Counted from the stretch's first letter, positions 1 through 13,000 are shown. The stretch: DNA of 64,000 bases from Tubiluchus corallicola (GCA_030141605.1 JAQGDQ010000268.1:143305-207304), one strand, 5' to 3'. A program made the numbers and translations. The notes: generated from the letters alone by a model not told the origin.

Positions 1-39
1 CTCCTTCCACCATTTACTTTCTATTCCTCTCAATGACTG

Positions 40-420
40 GCTTATGCATACATGGCTAGCATGCACCCCATTGTATGTCAGGGCCTTGTTTAAATTGTAT
101 GGATAATCAATGTCAGGATAAATAAAAAGGAATTCTGGAACTCAATAGCTGAAGCATGCAGAATCAGCCTGCAGCTCAATTTTCATCCAACAATGGCTCA
201 AGAGATTTTTGGCACATTTCTGACCCAAACTCCAATCATAGTAAAACTGACATCCGTCACTTAATGGACCAGAAGTTTTCTCAACATCAAAAATGATGGT
301 GACTAGAAATTCCATCAAAAAACTTCTTATTTGAATGAAACAAAATTGTCCCTTTTGAAACTCAAGTTACTCAACTTGAATTAAATGCACTCATTTAAGC
401 AGCAAATTGACTAAAATTTG
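40..420 (-). mobile_element. Highly decayed non-LTR retrotransposon (RT C-terminal region) fragment
   Basis: Minus-strand translation gives only short remnants resembling the post-RT region of L2/CR1-type elements (e.g. IGVWV, RLILHASAIEFQN), broken by stops. Weak. Confidence 0.3.
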
Positions 421-486
421 CATATTCATATTGAAAAAATCAGCGTATTTAATTTAGTATCCCAAATAAAAGCGAGGGTTCAAGGG

Positions 487-1379
487 CAAGGCTGGCAATA
501 CAGTACATTGCGGTATGGTACGAAATTACGTTATTTTTCGTACCTTTTCTGTACCATTTTACTCAGCTTCATGTAACGTTTTCATTAGTCAGCAACTCAG
601 TAAGACGACTTGTTTTGCCTCATGGGTGGGGACTTGTTGTTCTCTCCTAGTTAACACAGAGCACATCTCTCCTAATTAACACAGAGCACACAAACAAAAT
701 TGCTAGATTAGTTAGTTTGCAGCGAGTTGTTTAGAAGTGCCAGTTGTCATTTCTGGTAAATTACCCTGCCTTTATTGTTGTACCTATACAAACTGGGTAT
801 ATTGCTTACCATGTTTGACACCTATTCATGTAACACTGCTGCTCTAACTTCTAGTTCTGAGAATTGTTTAGGAATGTACCATACACAGTTAGAAATGGCA
901 TTGTAAAAACAGCGTCCTTTTTCCTGTGAAGGTTTTGCCTTCATACCTTCATTGGTGTTTGTTTCAAAAAATCTGAATGGCTTGAATGCAACATCTGAGT
1001 TACAGGTTTGCTTTGCCAATGAAAGAAATTTGAGACCTACCGACCTAACATGTAAAATTGCATAGCCTGCGTGGTATAGATAGAAGTGTTTTAGGCAAGA
1101 CGTAAATAGATGTAAACAGTATGGAAGTTCGAATATTAGTTCTGTTTTAAAGTATGCATAATTTCATAATAATAATTGATAAACTTATCGTTTTTACAAT
1201 TAACTTTTATGCGACTCTTCATCTTTTTATAGTACAGCTCACATGCACTTGATATGAAATTTGGTACCGAATTACAGTACGATACTTTTGTACTAGTATG
1301 ATTCAATTTTGTAGGTATGGTATTTTTTAAAGGTACGAAGTATGGCACTTTTTCGTACCGAACCGTACTGCCAGCCTTG
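487..1379. mobile_element. Non-autonomous hAT-like DNA transposon
   Basis: TIRs CAAGGCTGGCAATAC (487) / GTACTGCCAGCCTTG (ends 1379); GGTAC/GTACC subterminal repeats; degenerate 8-bp TSD ttcaaggg / ctcaggag (5/8). Confidence 0.7.
641..690. repeat. 25-bp tandem duplication
   Basis: tctctcctagttaacacagagcaca followed by tctctcctaattaacacagagcaca. Confidence 0.85.
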
Positions 1380-2944
1380 CTCAGGAGGCACTGAGTTCAT
1401 TGTTTAGTGTGACGTGTCCCGACTACCATGCTTTCCCTAGGGAAGACAAAGCTTTGCAACAACAGTAGTGATAACTTGCAAAAAGTTTGGGCCTCTGATG
1501 GAGGAAAGAATTGTGCAAGCTGAATTTCATCAGTATTACCACACAAAGCTGTCATTTAAGCATGTCATGCACGTGTTACGCATTTCCGCTCACTCACGTT
1601 CACTACCAATCATAGGGGATGACCGATAGGCTAAAGAGGGCTTAGCTGGCAATTACGTGTGAGCTCAATGGCGGATCAATTAGGCGCACTACTACACAAT
1701 CATCTATTTTACCTAATTATAAAAATAATTATTCAGCAATGCTTCAGAATACTCAGCTATAGAGCCTGTATTATTTCGCTGAAGGATGTATACAGGGTAG
1801 AAAACTTCCTGTTGTGTAACAACCTGCGAAGATGTACATTAGTTTTTGTCACCTGATAGAAGCAGGCACAAAGAAGTGTGCGAGTGACTGAGAATGAAAA
1901 TTATAGTTATACTCAAATGTTTAAAGGAAACAAAATTATGCTGAGTTTTAGAAATGTTTTTTCTAAATTATTACTTACAAAGTTTCGAAGTTGCTTTCAT
2001 TTGATGTAGTCAAGTGCCTTAATGAAACCCGAATTAGAGCATTTGCCACAACAGAAATCATTTAAAAATTGCCCGGATATAGTTATTAAATTTTAATGTT
2101 AATTATTCTAATGATTAACTAATTACAAAAAAAGTTAAAAATTTAGAATAACGTAAATTGTTTCACTTGTTAATATTAGCCTGCAAAGAAAGAACTCTAA
2201 AATGAAGGAGTTGCAGTTTATAGTTTACTTATTATTGGTATTAAATGGGTAATACTACTGTACTGGTATGAAGACAAATGTAAACAGATTCTCTAAGCCA
2301 GGGGCTTCTGAAATAACATTCTAATGTATGAAATATGTATTGTTTGTTTTGTTAAAATCTTTTACCAATTTAAATATTCAGGCTAAAATTGACCTCAAAA
2401 GAGCTAAAATGTAGGATTGCAGAAACATCCTAGACACCACAGCTGTTGTACCTAGGGGCCCCTGTAACTCTTAGACTGCCAGTCTGCCATTGTATGAGCT
2501 ACTGTTGTTTAAGTTATAGTATATACAAAGTTCATTGCCAACAAGTTCTTAAAACTAAAGTTAGGCTATTTGAACTCGAATACAGTACTTACAATTTGTT
2601 CAAACAGGTTAAGAACGAGTCCGCGAGAACACCATGCACGATTTTTCGATTTTGCATGGTCTTCTCGCGGACGGGTTCTTAACTTTGTTTTGCATCTTTT
2701 GTAAGACCATGATCGTAGTCGTTCAAGTGCTGCAATTGCTATTATAACTATCATCATCGTCGCTGTTACACTATCATCAGTTTCATCACAAAAATAATGC
2801 AGTGAGAGAAAACAGAACATCAATGACAATGATGTTGTAAGTCCCCTGACTCTCATGTTTAACATTTGACACAACATCATTCTTTTTGACCCAATTCAAT
2901 TCACAAATTTTTATAGGGATTTAAAGGTCAATAAGTTTCAACTG

Positions 2945-3670
2945 ACAGTGTCAATAGGTTACACATCACTCTGATTTCTCGCATTGAGCTGACTCGGATT
3001 CTTCCGCTACACCCCCTGTTCTGGATCCCTCCTCGGTCCGCTCACTGCAGCCCATCGCTCAAACGTTCATCAACCACTGCTTACTTTGACATTTTACAGG
3101 ACAAAACCTGCTTTTATGGTATTAGTTACAATTGTTAGATTCCTCGATGTGCCCATCCACCCTCTAGATGAAGTAGTGAAGCATCAGCAGATGACAATCA
3201 CTGAAAATTCGCCACAATGACCTTGCTCCCATCCTCCCACTACACATTGCATCTTGGATCGACCCTTCTGGGGAGGGACAGTTATAGCAGCCCACCGTCC
3301 AAGAACTACCACTCATCATCTAACATCTACATTTGAAAATTTCAGGAACCAAACCTACCTTTAAAAATCCTATACATGCAGTTGCTAATTTTGAAACTAC
3401 CAATCATGCAAGAGGGGTTTAAAAATATTTTAGTAATATATATTTGACATTTTGAGGGACAAAATTTGCATGCCATTGTTACAAAATTTGCATGTCATAG
3501 TTACAATTCTCCAATCCTGGATTTGCTGCAATTTTTTTAATCCAGGGGGAGGGGAGGATTAAGGTAAATTGGTCTAGGTTGGCTTGTCAACAGTGACAGA
3601 TCGCTTTGATTTCTCACACTGAGCTGACAGACACTCCCGCTATACCCAGCAGCTCCATTCTGGAGCCTTC
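2945..3670. repeat. Two or more diverged copies of a dispersed repeat
   Basis: atcactctgatttctcgcattgagctgac...ccgctacaccc (about 2966-3015) resembles atcgctttgatttctcacactgagctgac...ccgctataccc (about 3600-3647). Confidence 0.5.
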
Positions 3671-5085
3671 CTCTCTCCCTGGAAAAGGAGGTAAAATTCT
3701 TTTTATCTATGTTGGATTGTCAGTACATAACAGGCTGCTCTAATTCCTTGCATTGAGGAGATCCTTCCACTGTGCCCACCACTGCTGTGTAGCTGTTGAG
3801 GTGTACCCCTGTTCTTCATAAGCTCTTGATATGACCTTTGACCCTGACAATCGTCTTGTCCCGAAATTACCTCCAAAAAATGAATGCCAACCTAGAATGC
3901 TCTATGTCTTTCTTTTTTCATGTACCATCGTTTCATGTTTTCCATTTTACGTGACACTGTTGCTACGTTCCTTCAATGACCATTCTTCTTAGTTAGACAG
4001 CCACTTTAACAAAACAGTTTTTGATTTCTTTGTCTAACTGTCTCAAATGTACAATGCATCGACAGCTTGTACAATATCCAAAATTTTTTTCATTGGTGTA
4101 TTTTCCCACTGACCTGTTTGAACGGCCATGTTGATTTAATGTGGCTGGCAGTTTTAGAGCATTATTAATGCTAACCTACCCTAATGGATATTCCGGTTGC
4201 TAATGCAACCTGTTCAACAACTGCCTAAACAGGGCAATCCCGTTCACAAGTCGCATTGCCAGGATGGTTGCTAATTGGATGTTACATATTTGAAAATGCT
4301 ATTTCCTCACAATAGTGAATAATGGGGCATGCGTACTGTTCAATTCGTGGGGGATTCATGTAAAACCCATAACATATAATCTGAAAGTTATGAAAAGTGA
4401 ACATTTTCATATACGTTATACTCACCGTTGCTTTTGCTTTTTTTCTTCTATATTACTGTCACAGTTCTTGATCTATAAATGATAGCACACATGAGCCAAA
4501 CTGATGAAAATCATCTACCGTGTTACTCATGATTTAACTTGTCTGTCTTACATAGTTTTTACCACTTGTACAAGTCCATATTACTATATGCAGCTTTGCA
4601 ATTTCGTTCTGCAATACAAAATTTAAAAAAAACATTTCAAAATTAATAACTCCGAAACACTGCAAACAGAAAAAATTGCAATAACGAAGTGTAATATAAT
4701 AATGATAAAAAATGCTACAACTTGAGTGTGGAGAATTTGTTTTTAAATATTAAGAGAAATTGTTTCGTTTAACAACATGTGGTTTGTCTGATCAAATTTT
4801 GTTTAGAACCTTTACCGAAAGCATAGAAATGTTTGAAAAAAACGTAAAAAAGTTTCAGCAGCAGGAGTTCGATAAGATTATTGTGTAAATAGTAAAATCA
4901 CTTTAATTCACAATTGCTTCACGTCTAGGCACATTCATTTTGAACGATGTCATGATGTCATATGGCTAAATAAAGAGAAGTGCCATCAAAGCTGTAAAAG
5001 CCAAAAGGTATAACTAATAAGTTAAGAATGTTTCTGAGTGAAAAGTGGATAAACTACAGAAGCATTGTGTTAGCTTTGACAATGT

Positions 5086-5757
5086 ATGCTTTTTGTGTTG
5101 CTCAGCTACATCATGATTTCCAAACATGTCAGTGGCCAGACTCGCTTTGATAATCGGTTACTGAAAAAAGCAGTAATGGGTAGTGACACGCAGATCATCC
5201 ATTTGGGAGATAAATTTCGACTTCCAGTGTTTGGCAATATTATGGCATTAGGGGAACTAAACGAGGTAGGTCTGAATAAAATTTATGAAAAGCATTTGGG
5301 CGAAAAAACATGGGATGTGCAAATAGAGAAAGCTATAGCCGAAACGGGATTAAAAATGTGGAATGAAAAGTTAAGTAAATGTTCAACAGTAGAAAAATAT
5401 TTAGATTGCAAAAGTTGTATACCATTTGAACCCTGAATGAACGATACATGGGATGCCGATTTGCTTGTCAAAGCCAGAGTTGGTGCATTAGAAGTGTTGG
5501 AAAATCCCTTGCATGCTTGGAAAGTAGATTATTGCATAGAAAGACTTTTTAAATGTGGTAAACATATTGAAACTGCAGAGAATATAATACTAAGTTGTGA
5601 ATTTTACACACAGATAAGAGGCAAAGTCCCTTGGCAAAAATTAACTGACAAAGAATGCTTGAAATGGTTGTTATTTGGAGAGGGAAAAAATCATGCAGTC
5701 TGCCTACTGAAGGACACAGTGGTCAAAAGAAGAAGCACTGCAAATGTTCAACTTTAA
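5086..5757 (+). mobile_element. Decayed 3' end of a non-LTR retrotransposon ORF2
   Basis: Two ORFs in the same frame, separated by one TGA (5434-5436); C-terminal remnant of the Cys/His knuckle typical of non-LTR ORF2 ends (ERLFKCGKHIETAENIILSCEFY). Confidence 0.55.
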
Positions 5758-7328
5758 AGCTGAACAGATAAAGAGTAACATATATTTAGCTCTGCGAATG
5801 ATAAAGCATTTATAAACTCAAATTCTGTTTCTCTGTGCTGTAGCAATGGTGCAAGCATATGTGTGCTCCTCAGCGTTTTTGAGTAGAAAATAGCCTACTG
5901 GTACAATATACGTTGCCCTGATATAAAAGGGATTTAGGCAACAGATGGATTGTGGGAGACAAAACTGATTATAATTCTCTTTCATATTTTAAGAAAACCT
6001 TTTTATGTATACATGTATAATTGTGTAGTGCATGTTCAATAGCTATACATTAAAACATGTTAAAAAATACTTCGACATACGACATTTTCTGTAGTTTTGT
6101 GTTTTGAAGACACTATGGAAACAGAACTTTACAAACTACAAAATGTTAATTCAGTATAAGTCCTATGCTGGAGAAAAATTCTATTCTTTTTAAGTAAGGT
6201 GCAGTGGAAATTCTAGTTCATTTTATACTTAATTATCCCTTTTATGGCGATCAGAGAATTTTTTCACAAGACACATTTATCAACATTTTAAGCATAAGAA
6301 TTGCACTTGATTAGATCACCAAGAGCTAATTTCCAGTCAAAGTGCTGAGTTTTTTGTTATTAATTATTTATGCCAGAAGTGAAATAATTGAGACAGCAAC
6401 AAATTTTTTTTAGCAGCTTCACTACACTTGATTCAGCAATACATTTCCCTCGGGTTGCTGTACTCTGCAGTAATTTCACTTGGTTTGAAAAGCTGAATTG
6501 TGTGTAATGCCTAATGGATGACTGAAATTGCATGAAAAATGCTGAAAGACAATTAAATTTTGTCGTGATCGTATACCCTTTCAACGATAGTCATTTCAAT
6601 TAAAATCTTTTTAATAATTGTTACAGACTTGATTATACTATACTAACACTACAGTACTGTAGCACGAGCCGTTGTGGTGCAAGAACGACATAGTCAAGTT
6701 TGTCAGATCACTCAAAATGTTTTACAAATATACATACATAATTTTTGCTACCAAATCCCGGGTGCCACCCACCTCTACGCCCTTTTTAATTAAAATGAAA
6801 TTACTTAAACTGTACCTGCATTAACAACCAAGCGAACAAGTTTCTTAATTACACAATGCATAATAATTTACATAATCGGCCAACCTCGGCCTTTGGTTCG
6901 GAAAGCTACGGAAAATCGGAAACGTCAAAAGATAGAAATTGAGATTTTAACTTAGTTTAGTTTTCTTGCAATCGCAACTGACTGCGTCATTGAACAAGCA
7001 ATCGGAAAATGTTCACAGCTAACACATATACAGGATGACGATCACTGCATACAATAGAGATATTAGAATGAGATTATCATTCAAGTTTATTTAGGAAACT
7101 CGGGAAGAAAAGGCTTATTTTGATTTACAGATTGGATCCAAATTATACGAAAACAGTTAGTTTTTTATCATAGGCACTTAAAACCATTTATAGCGTTAAT
7201 GGGGGCAATAATGCCATTTATTTTCGACCCCTCCCTCTAAGGGTCAATCCCACCCTGGACCTCTTGGCTATCAGTTGTGTCAGAACTGCGATCCATCTGG
7301 AATGGTTCGATCCTGACACCATAGCATT

Positions 7329-7691
7329 GAGGGTGAGAATTGAACGTTCGAGTTCGTTTCGAACGAGTTTTTTTAGTTCGAATTCGATTCGAAGCTAAAA
7401 TTATAGATTTGAATAATTCAGCACTTCAGCCATATACGTTCTTTATCATTAAAATGTTTGAAACAGTATGCAAATAGCACAATTACGCTGCAGTTTCTGT
7501 GCAAGACTTTTAATAAACTAACAGTCGTTTTACTGCAGAACAAAATCAAGTACTATGCATGATCTTTGTAAGACCACTTTTTGCTAGTGGTTCGAAAATC
7601 TTCCAAACTCAATTCGATTCGGATTCGAAATACTGAAAATCGGATCGATTCGAATTCGAAAGTGACAAATTCGATTCGAATTCGCATTCTG
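7329..7691. mobile_element. TTCGA-rich non-autonomous DNA element (hAT-like) just upstream of TMEM231
   Basis: Degenerate TIRs GAGGGTGAGAATTGAAC / CGATTCGAATTCGCATTCTG; dense TTCGA/TCGAA subterminal repeats at both ends; TSD not convincing. Confidence 0.55.
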
Positions 7692-7799
7692 AACAAATTC
7701 GCATGACCCGATAGTATACTGTATTTGCCGAAAACGCAAACGAATCGAATAAACCTCCTTTTTCGTTTCAACTTTGTACATTACTTGGAATGACGGGAA

Positions 7800-8711
7800 A
7801 TGGCGGTATTTCAGGTGTTTTCACATTCTATTAATAAAAAGTATAAAGCTAGTATCTGCTCAAAGGCGTCTTTCTTTTTGTTATGTGTATTTGTGCTAAC
7901 TGTTGTTCCGCCTTTAATTGTTGCGTACAAAACTTACGGGTTCTGGCTAAAAAATGCATCGTATATTGAGCAACCAAACGTGCACTTCAAATACAAACTG
8001 TTAGTACTCGTATTAACTGAGGGAAGTTATGTTACATGGTCAACGTTTCAAAATTACAATAGGCTTCAGCAAGCCTATTTGAGAATCCCACTAGTAAAAT
8101 CTAGGGAAGAAGATATCAACAATGATGGATTATTTGACTTGCTGGTTTTTACTTTAGACATGCCTGTGTTGAACGATGAACTTGTTTATGGAGCACAGCT
8201 TTTACTTGTGTTTGATTTTCAACTTAGTAAATTTTCCAATTTCAAAATGGAGTCTATTGCTTATATCACTTACTCTTCACATCAGCCAGGAGCAGAGTTT
8301 AGTACAGATGGAGTGCTAAAGTTATCACAGCGACAACCGTTAGCACATAAAGGTGTTGATTTGCGATACAATACACCAGTTATTGACGAAAATAGTGTCT
8401 TTGCAGAAGCATACAGCCTGAAGAACATTTTTTCTTCTTATAATAGTAGGAACATGACAACTATATTCAAAGAAGATTATCCCGTCTGGATAACTAGTAA
8501 ACAAACTGATAAACCATTTAGAATATCAGCAACTGTTCGTTACCCCCAAGAAGAAATAGAATACAACCCTAGTTTCTGGCAGCTGTTAAAGTGGGCTTGG
8601 ATGCAATACTTGGCTATTTTAGTTATATTCATTTTTATGTTTGAAAGAATTAAAAAATATGTTTTTAAAAATCAACTTGTAACGACTATAACGAACAAAA
8701 AAGATTTGTAA
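7800..8711 (+). CDS. TMEM231: Transmembrane protein 231 (ciliary transition-zone MKS/B9 complex), single coding exon, 303 aa
   Basis: Uninterrupted ORF with family motifs: N-terminal TM plus PPLIVAYKTYGFWLK, YIEQPNVHF, LRIPLVKSREEDINNDGLFD, LKLSQRQPL, C-terminal YNPSFWQLLKWAWMQYLAILVIF...IKKYVFKNQLV; AATAAA at 8987-8992. Confidence 0.95.
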   Translation: MAVFQVFSHSINKKYKASICSKASFFLLCVFVLTVVPPLIVAYKTYGFWLKNASYIEQPNVHFKYKLLVLVLTEGSYVTWSTFQNYNRLQQAYLRIPLVKSREEDINNDGLFDLLVFTLDMPVLNDELVYGAQLLLVFDFQLSKFSNFKMESIAYITYSSHQPGAEFSTDGVLKLSQRQPLAHKGVDLRYNTPVIDENSVFAEAYSLKNIFSSYNSRNMTTIFKEDYPVWITSKQTDKPFRISATVRYPQEEIEYNPSFWQLLKWAWMQYLAILVIFIFMFERIKKYVFKNQLVTTITNKKDL

Positions 8712-9186
8712 ATCAACATGACCAAAATTCCAGTGAAATGATCTGAGGAAAACTTGTCAGAACTGCAGTAGATCCTTACATGTGCTGACATGCCTATTAT
8801 GTAACCTATGGCATCCGCTTTTCTTGTTAATCATGAAAAGGTTCAAATATTGTTTCCTAATCCTACAATGTGCAAAATTATGCACGTTTAATGACATGCT
8901 GTGTTAGTTACAATCACTGCCTAGGAGGTTTTAACAAGTCTTACCTACGTATGAGACATTCATTCTTAAAAACTCGAAATGCTTGAAATAAATACAAATT
9001 TACACAAGCAAATTTATGTAGTTTGTTGTTTAATTTTTTAACCACAGTATGATTCCTAGGCTGATTCACAGAACTTAATTTTACATGTTTCTGTACATTT
9101 ACTTCTAACTGTGAACAAATCGTTACAATGCTGTCATGATATTAAAGGACAGAACTAATTGTTTGTGTATGCCTTTAAATGTATTA

Positions 9187-9368
9187 CAGTCAAACCTCTT
9201 TATACCATCTACTTTTGGACTGCAAAAAGTTGGCATTATATCGAATTTGGCATTATATTGAGGTGCATTAATACATACATGTCTATGCAGATATAAATAT
9301 TTTGCTAAAAATTTGGGCATTAAGCGATGTTGGCATTATAATAGGGGGGGTTATAGACAGATGATTGC
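9187..9368. mobile_element. Short Tigger/pogo-like MITE (right end degenerate)
   Basis: TA|CAGTCAAACCTCTTTATA start; repeated TTGGCATTATA internal units typical of these MITEs. Confidence 0.55.
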
Positions 9369-10034
9369 AGACATTTTAGAACAAAAAAAAACTAGAACTA
9401 AAATTTTCTAAATTATGTTCAAATTCAGCATTTAACACTATTAGAGAATTTGGTACCGAATACTATTATTAAAATGCTATATGCAACACATTCAAAAGTT
9501 TTTTTATAGCACTAGTATAGTCATATATAGATATAAATGCATTCTTTTTTTCTAACTTAAACATTCAGAATCAGTAGAGTGAATGGAACTGCCTAGAACA
9601 AGTAACGAACTAGGTGATCACCCATCCATTCACTGAACAGAGTGAGTAGTGCACTTTGTAATTGCCTAGCAATTCACTGACAAGCTTCAGCATCATTCTT
9701 TTGCCAAGCGCACATTGTGAGCACTTGGTTATTTCTGAAAACTTTTGAATATGATTTTTTGTAGAGATTTAGAAAAAAATTATTGCTGGAAATAGGCCAT
9801 TTTTTGTTATCCTTCATAGAATGAAACTCAGATATAACATGAAAAATTGTTTGTAAAACTTAATATATGTACACTAATAAATCATGTATACATACACTAA
9901 AACAGCATTTCTGAATTTCAAGCATTTGCACTTTTAGATTAGTTGCTTAAATTGCAGAATATTTGTAACCAGTAAATTTGAAATTTCTACTTCAAATGTG
10001 TAAAATCCTCGATGTTCATGTGGCAGCTCTCGGC

Positions 10035-13000
10035 TTAAACATCATCAGCTACAAAAAACAGATACATTCATCACTAGCAAATTAGTTACGTGTTAGACAT
10101 GTATTCAAATTTTCACCTGGCTACATCCCTCGTCTGAGTGATGAATGTTGTAACAAAGCGTGCTGGCACAATAAATTTTGGACAGTTTTTAATTTACACT
10201 TAGTAAATACGTATTATAGCAATAAGCAATCATTTTTGCAATTTGTGGATGTTTACATTTAATTAAATATGCGAAACTATAAAAAAGCTACTTCCAAGTA
10301 GGTACCCTTTGACAATGTTCAGTGAAAAGCCTACCCTTAACCAAGCAATAGTCAAATTCCTAAAAACAAGTTTAACTTGAAATACCGATCGAGGGCTCGC
10401 TGCATAAGAAGTTTTGCGCAGCAATCCATAGTGAACTGGCAGAACCTTGAGCTTTTTTGAAAATGAGGTTTTTGCCGCCACTTTGAATTTAAAATTGCGA
10501 ATCGAAAACCTGACTCCGTCAATTGATGCGGAATTTGTTCTAGTACATTTTTCATGACAATTCACTGTGAATTAGCTGAGCCTTAGAATTTTTTAAAAAA
10601 TACTATTTTCACCACCATATTGAATTCAAAATTGCGGATCGAAAATCCGACTCCGTCAATTGATGCGAAATTCGTTGAAATATAAATATTAGTGTAAAGT
10701 TCTATGATGACCGCCTAGCAAAGTTTACAGAATTTTAGGTTATTTTAAAAGGTAACACCCACATGAGTAGCGATTTGGGTCAAGTTCCTTGACCAAAAAT
10801 GTGATAACGACTAATAGTCATATACAATACAGGTCTTTAATTTGCTGCAAAAGGCAATTTAAAAATTTTGTAATATCACTACATATTAAAAATAACGCCA
10901 CGCAAAATGCAAGCAACAGCATAGTAATTAATCGCGGTGCTTAGATTGAAGTTAAACAAAGCTCAGTTCGGACTACACTGTAAAAACTGTTGCAAGACAA
11001 ATCTGCAATACTGCTGCGGTTGTTTCTCTTAGCAATAGAATAAGCCGGTGGAGATTCCCTTCCAAGGAAAAATTTTTCACAGAAAAAACATCTTGCCAGA
11101 AAATTTTACAGAAAACTTCCCATAAAAGTCATTTCCTAGAGAAAGGATTTCCAAGAAAGATTTTCTGATAGAAAAATCAATTACAATAGAAAAGTTTAAC
11201 AGCCGTGGAACTGGGGTTGCCTTGCAACAAGTAACGCTAACCAGCCAATCATCGTCTGAAGCCAGGTGCCTTCCACAATACTGTAGTACTGTATGGTGTT
11301 CCCACGCAAAATCACTTGTAGATCGTTGATGAAACATATGTTTAGTTGATTGTTCTGCATTTTTATAAAATGATCAAGCATTATGGATTAGTATTGTCTT
11401 TTCTGAAAACTTTTTTTTCTGAAAATATTAGTACATGCTTATTTATGATGGTGTGCTCGTAAATGTGTGCATGTGTAGAAATAAAACTAGTATTTAATAT
11501 CAGTACTCAATAACGAATAATTATTTGTTTATTTACAAGATTCTGCTTAATAACACACCAAAAGAAGTTGTCAAATTTGCAAAAGTCAACATGGCCCAGT
11601 TAAAAAGCAACTACGTAGTGAAAGGGTTAACTATGCTGGCTAAATCTTTTGATCGCATAATCCATATTAATCAATACACACGTAACTAGAATAAACTACA
11701 ATCTTATCATCATACTTTTCTATTGTGTAATATCCGAATGTGCTTTAAAAATGATTTACCGTATTACATTTTCTGTGAATTTTACTTTCTGTGATGAAGA
11801 CACTAGGAAAAATTTCTTTGAGACATGGCAAATCTGGGAAAATATTTTCTGGAAAGTTGGTTTTTCTGGCAAAAAAATGTTCTGTAAATTTTCTGGCAAA
11901 AAACTTTTCTAGGAAAAAGCTCTTCGGGGAAATGAGACTACAACATGTATGTTATATGCATTACTTTTAACAATGTTAAGTGCCTCATTTAAAAATTTAG
12001 TGATGATAATGTCCAGTTTCCACAACCAAAATCATTTCCACTTAGTAGATCCTGTGATTAAATGCTGCATTTCAACCTGCATTGTAAAGAACTTTGTAAA
12101 AGTTTTTTAAAAACGTACCATCTACATCAGCCACTTGCCCTGGTTCTAAAGGTGGCATGCCAAATAAATCAACCAATCCAGGTGGTGGCCTCATTCCAGG
12201 TGTAACTAAACAAAACAGACTAATTCTGTTACTAATGTAACACATCAAAACACTATTAAATACATGAAAAGTTCATAAGGCTTGGCTTTATTTAAAAGGC
12301 AGCTTCTTGTCTGAGCCTACATTGACTGCTATGGTGAAAATTGCGGTAGGTGTATCAGTCTACATTAATTGATCTCTAAAACTATATCAAAAACAGACAC
12401 ATAAATAAGCAACATAAAGAACTTAATTATTAGTAAGTAATTGATTTTACCTCCGTGACTCACAGAATTTATGCCTCGGCCTGGAAAGAAAGAAACAATT
12501 TGTAAATGATATTTATCGTGTAAAAATATACCTTTTAGCTATATAAATTCTGATCTCAAAGAAATTAAACAACATATTCACATGGACTCTTCATGTCGTA
12601 AAAAAGATAAGCACGTGTATCAAAAACGATTAAAGTGCACACAACTAAATGCAAAATTAGCAGCTGACTTAACTTAGTCAATACAAGCAATGTTAGATAC
12701 ACTTAACCAACAATTAGGATATTTTCTCACATCTTCAAAAATACAAGAACTGTATTTCCTTGAACCTATAGTCACATTTTCTCTAGTCTAATGCCTCTTC
12801 TCTCCTCTAACTATCTCTCTCCTTCTTGCCTCGGACAAATATTGAATGACTTGCGACTTGACAAGGCTTCGAGATGAGAAAACACTGACTTGAAATTCAC
12901 TGACAATAAAACAAACTATAATTAATAAAGAATAACAATAAACAAGCAAAGGTTAATTACAGGTTATAACTACGTAAATACAACCCTATTATTTAGGAAA

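Noticed and set aside
5086-5757. In-frame TGA joining two ORFs as selenocysteine or readthrough
   Set aside because: The sequence looks like a decayed non-LTR ORF2 end, has no visible SECIS and no selenoprotein similarity; a nonsense mutation is simpler.
7265-7318. tRNA gene (GGTTCGATCC B-box); likewise 44915-44975 and 55531-55585
   Set aside because: No complete cloverleaf or acceptor stem; at most SINE remnants.
7340-7690. TTC/GAA-rich array as heat-shock elements; ORFs 7553-7771 and 7584-7781
   Set aside because: Spacing is TTCGAA/GAATTC rather than nGAAnnTTCn; the repeats are transposon subterminal motifs and the ORFs are by-products.
7780-7794. X-box immediately upstream of the TMEM231 ATG
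   Set aside because: Only a weak match (GTCATT-CCA-AGTAAT on the minus strand); not distinguishable from chance.
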